Both the position numbers and the translations under genes were made by a program. From Blastocladiella emersonii ATCC 22665 (taxonomy: Eukaryota > Fungi > Blastocladiomycota), in the NCBI GenBank assembly GCA_025594325.1, contig JANHCV010000004.1:992001-1056000 (forward strand): 64,000 nucleotides of DNA. Direction: 5' to 3'. The notes beneath the pieces are model-generated. The model was not told where the DNA came from, did not search any database, and was given only the letters and a program-made list of their open reading frames with translations. Shown piece by piece: positions 60,116 to 64,000 of the stretch (within the stretch, counting starts at the first letter, position 1; the number at the start of each line of letters is the position of its first letter).

Positions 60116-62584
60116 TCACGGGTCCTCGTAGTACTCGTAGTGGTTCCGCTCGTCCTCCCACCACGCGTCCGACAGGCTGAGCCGGCGCAGCGGGTCGTCG
60201 AGCTGCTCCTCGACGGGCGCTGGCTCGACCACGATGATGCTGTCGTCCGCTGCGGCCGCGCCGACTTCTTCGTCGCTGTCCTCGACGTCGAGCACCACGC
60301 GCTTCGGACGCGCGGCCGAACTCGATGTCGACGACGAGGACGCGGGCGCGATGACGCCGCGCGGGGACGAGAGGGCGGTGTACGCCGAGACCGGGCGCCG
60401 TTGCTGTTGCTGTTGTTGCGCCGCGCGCATCGCCTGCACCCGCGCCGCGAGACTCTGCTCCTGCTCCTCGAGCTCGTCGCCGACCGTCTCGTACTCGTCG
60501 CTGTCGTCCGCCCGACCGCGAGCCCGACCCAGCCCTGTCGTGTCCGAGTACGACCGCCGCACCGACCGCGACGCGGACGCGGACGCGGACGCGGAGGGCG
60601 GGGTTTCGCGCATCGCCTGCATCGCGGGCGACCACTGCTGTTGCCGCTCGCGAACCGACGCAGAGACCGACGGCGGCGTCGAGTGGATCGAGATGTGCGA
60701 CGGCGTCGGGCTCGCTGCTGCGATCCGCTCCATGGTCGCGGACAGCAGCAGGTCGATGTCGACACGCTGACGTGCTGCCGACGCGGCGGGTGTGCGGGGC
60801 GCTGGAGCGCGCGCGGCGGGTGCGGAGGCGGCGGCAGCAGCGGGTTCTAGGACACGCTGTCGCGGGAGCGAGCGCATGGTGCTGCTGGTGCTGCTTCTCG
60901 CGGCAGATGAGGCCGAGGTGGTGGCGGCAGCGGCGGGTTCTAAGACACGCTGCCGCGGGAGCGAGCGCGTGGTGCTGCCGGTGCTGCTTCTCGCGGTTGA
61001 AGAGGCCGAGGTGGTGGTGGCGGCGGGTTCCAGTACACGCTGGCTTGGAAGCGAGCGCATGGTGCCGTTGCTCGTCGCGGTGGTGGACGACGAGGTAGTA
61101 GCCGTGGAGCGCAGGGCGGCCGGTTCGCGCTGGACCTGCGCAGGGAGCAGGCCCTGCGGTTGGCGCGCGCGTTGACGGTGTCGCGGCTGATGTTGCTGTT
61201 GATGCGCGCGAGGCTGCGGTCGCGGTTGCTGCTGCTGAGTTTGAGGCTGCGGTTGCGGCGGTTGCTGCTGCTGCTGCGTCGGGCGAACCTGCTCCTGCTG
61301 CCGCACCAGCGCCGGCTCGCGTCGCACGGGCGGCGGCGGCGACTCGGACGGGTACCGTAGCGTCCTGGGCGCCGGTTGCGACAGCGAGAGCCCCGCGCCC
61401 GCCGCCGGCATCGGCGGCCGTCCACGCACCGCGGTCGCACCCGAACCCGCCGCTTCTGCCGCTTCACCGCCGTCGCTGCCGCTCTCGGACCCGCTCTCGT
61501 CATCATCATCTCCGTCCTCGACGTCCGCGACCGCGCCGCCATCCAGCGCCTCGCCCGCCGCCATGAGCCGCACGCGCAGCGGCTGCACGAGGTCGCCCCA
61601 CGCCGCCTTGGCGCCGCACGCGGGGCACGTCCCGCTGACGGGGAGCAGGCGCCCGGGAGCGCGCCACGCGCGCGCCCAGCAGTGCAGGTGGCCCGGCACG
61701 CCGCACGCGAGACACGCGAGGACCGCGCGCGGGTGCATCGGCGTGCCGCGCGTCGCGCACTCCTCGGGGCCGAACGCGCACCGGCGGCCCGCCGTCGCGG
61801 GCGCTTCGGGTGGCGGCGGTGGGCCGGCACCGCGCCGTTGTGGCGGCGGACGCGTCAGCGGGCCCGTCGTGATGCGCACCTGCCGCGACAGGTCCGCGAG
61901 GCCGAGTTTGGCGGCGAACCGGTCCCGATTCACTGGGTTCGGGAAGTGCACGTGCAGCGACCACGACTGGTACAGGTTCGCGCGGAACAGGCCGGCCAGC
62001 GCGTCCAGGCACGGGTCGACGCGGACGTGCGTCTGCGCGTTGCGCGGGAGGAACCGGTTGCGCATCTGCATGTGTCGCGAGTTGAAGCTACGTGGGAGGG
62101 GAGGGGAGGGTTAGGTCGTGGGAAGCGCATCCGACCAGTGCGAGCGAACGTACGGGTCTACACATAGAGCTCAGTTAGATGACGTCCGGTCTGATACACA
62201 GGGCAGTATCACGTACGCTGCCAGGCCCACTCGAACTGCAGCGCGGCCAGCTTGTTGGGGAACCCATGCACGAAGAGCACCATCTCCCTACCGACGTCGC
62301 ACCGTCAGAATGCGTCCCCTCACGAGCCGTTGAGCGTAGACGCATCACTACCATGGCTTCTTCTTGGACGTCTTCTTGGCGCCGCCCGTAATCTCGCCAT
62401 TGTGCTGCCGCAGCCGCCGGATCGGGTCGGGCGTCGACCCAATGTACGCGTGCGACTTATGCCGCGGACTCAGCGATTGCAGCAAGTAGCACGAGTAAAA
62501 GTGCTGCGGCGGGATCTCCATTCGAGTGCATTGGTGGTTGAGGTACGAGAGAAAGCGAACGGCCGAATTCCGCAACGGCTCCAT
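60116..62584 (-). CDS. SLX1: Structure-specific endonuclease subunit Slx1
   Basis: [41 protein letters not shown], then [18 protein letters not shown], and a Cys/His ring (C..C..GHLHC..GTCPAC..WGDLV). Start could be 62584 or 62521. Confidence 0.93.
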
Positions 62585-62707
62585 TTCGACTCACCGCCGA
62601 TCGCACGTGCGACACGGGGACGTGACCATCGCGCTCGGACGGACTCGTCGCGGCTTGCACCGTCAACCAAAAAACTACTAAATCAATGTATTCATATTTG
62701 ACTACCA

Positions 62708-64000
62708 TCAAGGGGTGTCGCCGCGCTCCATTCGACCAATCTGGTCCTTTGCAGCTGGCGTGAGATGAACGCAGTGCGTCGCGACGGCAAACGTGCGTCC
62801 CGATGGCCAGGACGATACAATAGCGTCCACGCTTGCATCTGCAAGACGGGTGTTGGAGGAAAAGGCTGAGGGTGCGCAGTGACGGGACCGAAGGCAGCAA
62901 TGGCGCGAGTTTGGCAACGTGGAGATCAGTCAGCTCACACGAATTGAAACCAATGAACTCGAGTAAAGGCGCTCGAGCGGCCCATTTAGCAAGCACAATG
63001 AGATCTTCCTCCTGAAGATGACTGCACGAAAGGTCGAGATGGATCAACGAAGCAGCGGCCGGGAGAGCCCAGAGGAAGCTGCGCAGGGAGCTGGCTTTGA
63101 AGTTGCAGCCCATCAACGCAAGCTTGGCCATCGAAGGCGAGAGCAGCCGGAAGAGCTTGGTCAAGTTGTACTTGGCGTCCTTAGAATGTCCAACCTCGAG
63201 CGAGCGGAGCTGACGGCCAAAGTTCTGCAAAACTTCAAAGACTTCGCCTGGTCGAACGCTCTGGTTCTGACGATAACTGAGCGCAACCATGGTCGGCAGG
63301 AACCCACGCATGAGCTTGAGCCGGTCGCCGGCGCCCGTCCGAGTGCTGTTGATCACCAGCCCCTAAAATTGCGGAAGTGCGCGAGTCGCAACGGCGTCAA
63401 CCGCTCGGTCGTTGCCTTGGTTTTAGGACAGGTTAAGCGTCTCGATAGAGTCGGGTAACGCCTTGATCAGCTTGGCGGACTGGTTCGCCGAGAGGCCGCA
63501 CATGTCCACCCCAAGCGTACGTAATCTGGTCAAGCGGGAAAGCGCAATGACTAAGGGACCGGTGCCATCCCGGGCCAACCCGATACGGCCGCTGAGCTTG
63601 AGGAGCCCGAGTCCAGCGGGAAGATTCTCGAGGACAAACCGCCCTGATTCCGCCGAAAGGGCACAATTATTCATACGGAGTGACGTGAGAGACGCTGGGA
63701 AGAGGGCCGCGGGCTCGACAAGGTCGCAGGAAGTGAGATGGTTGGACGACATGTCGAGTGCCCGCAAGGAACTCGGAAGCACACGTGCAAGCTTGCACAG
63801 AGCCGCAAGTGTCAATTTGCACAAGGTGAGTTTCAACTCGACAAGATTGAGTGAGAGAAACAAGGCATCGTCCACGGCGAAGCCTTTGAGCTGGCCGAGC
63901 GGGTTTCCTGTGAGGTTGAGTCGGGTAATGGTGGCGGGGAGATTCATGTCCGACAGCTGCTTTACGCCAATTGAGCAAAACTCGAGAGCGAGAGAATTGA
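62708..64000 (-). pseudogene. RNI-like leucine-rich-repeat gene with two in-frame stops (runs off the right edge)
   Basis: LxLxxN/LxLxxC repeats (ITRLNLTGN, LRALDMSSN, LIHLDLSCS) in one frame, interrupted by TAA 63425-63423 and TAG 63365-63363. More AT-rich than neighbours. Confidence 0.75.

Noticed and set aside
92-62167. Many long antisense or overlapping ORFs in the track (e.g. 1324-2712, 24858-26282, 32131-34314, 37593-39356, the 3' part of 41476-44397)
   Set aside because: Shadow ORFs expected from high GC3; Arg/Gly/Ala-rich with no motifs.
60116-62584. SLX1 as a dedicated resolvase for the palindrome cruciform
   Set aside because: A universal housekeeping gene 40 kb away; nothing in the sequence links them.
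62708-64000. Stop-codon reassignment explaining LRR in-frame TAA/TAG
   Set aside because: Conserved genes here terminate at TAG (RMD1, CHS, PRP3), TAA (GMPPA, ATP3) and TGA (CorA, EGCrP).

Overview
GC-rich, intron-containing fungal nuclear DNA. Introns are short (~55-80 nt), mostly GTACGY...YAG. A chitin synthase is present. An early-diverging zoosporic lineage such as Blastocladiomycota is my inference from GC richness and intron style, not a proven assignment. Two parts. (1) 3.5-19.7 kb: a 16.2-kb near-perfect palindrome with 7,309-bp arms (3527-10835 and 12423-19731) and a 1,587-bp spacer. It sits between RMD1 and a class I-III chitin synthase (CHS), and both genes point into it. Each arm carries the last CHS exon, an older inverted 309-bp copy of an internal CHS exon, a hexanucleotide microsatellite and a degenerate array of 11-12 exon+intron cassettes with ~1.25-kb higher-order periodicity. 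This layout predicts hairpin and antisense dsRNA against the chitin synthase. (2) 19.7-64 kb: dense housekeeping genes: CHS, F-box/RCC1 gene plus an inverted truncated paralog around PRP3, CorA-type Mg transporter, FCF2, NEO1, MedA-like regulator, GMPPA, LSB6, ATP3, GH5 EGCrP, U1A/U2B''-like, a dsRBD-only protein, SLX1, orphans and a stop-interrupted LRR gene. PRP28 lies at the left edge. No rRNA, tRNA, CRISPR or transposase was recognised. All alignments and splice models were done by eye.
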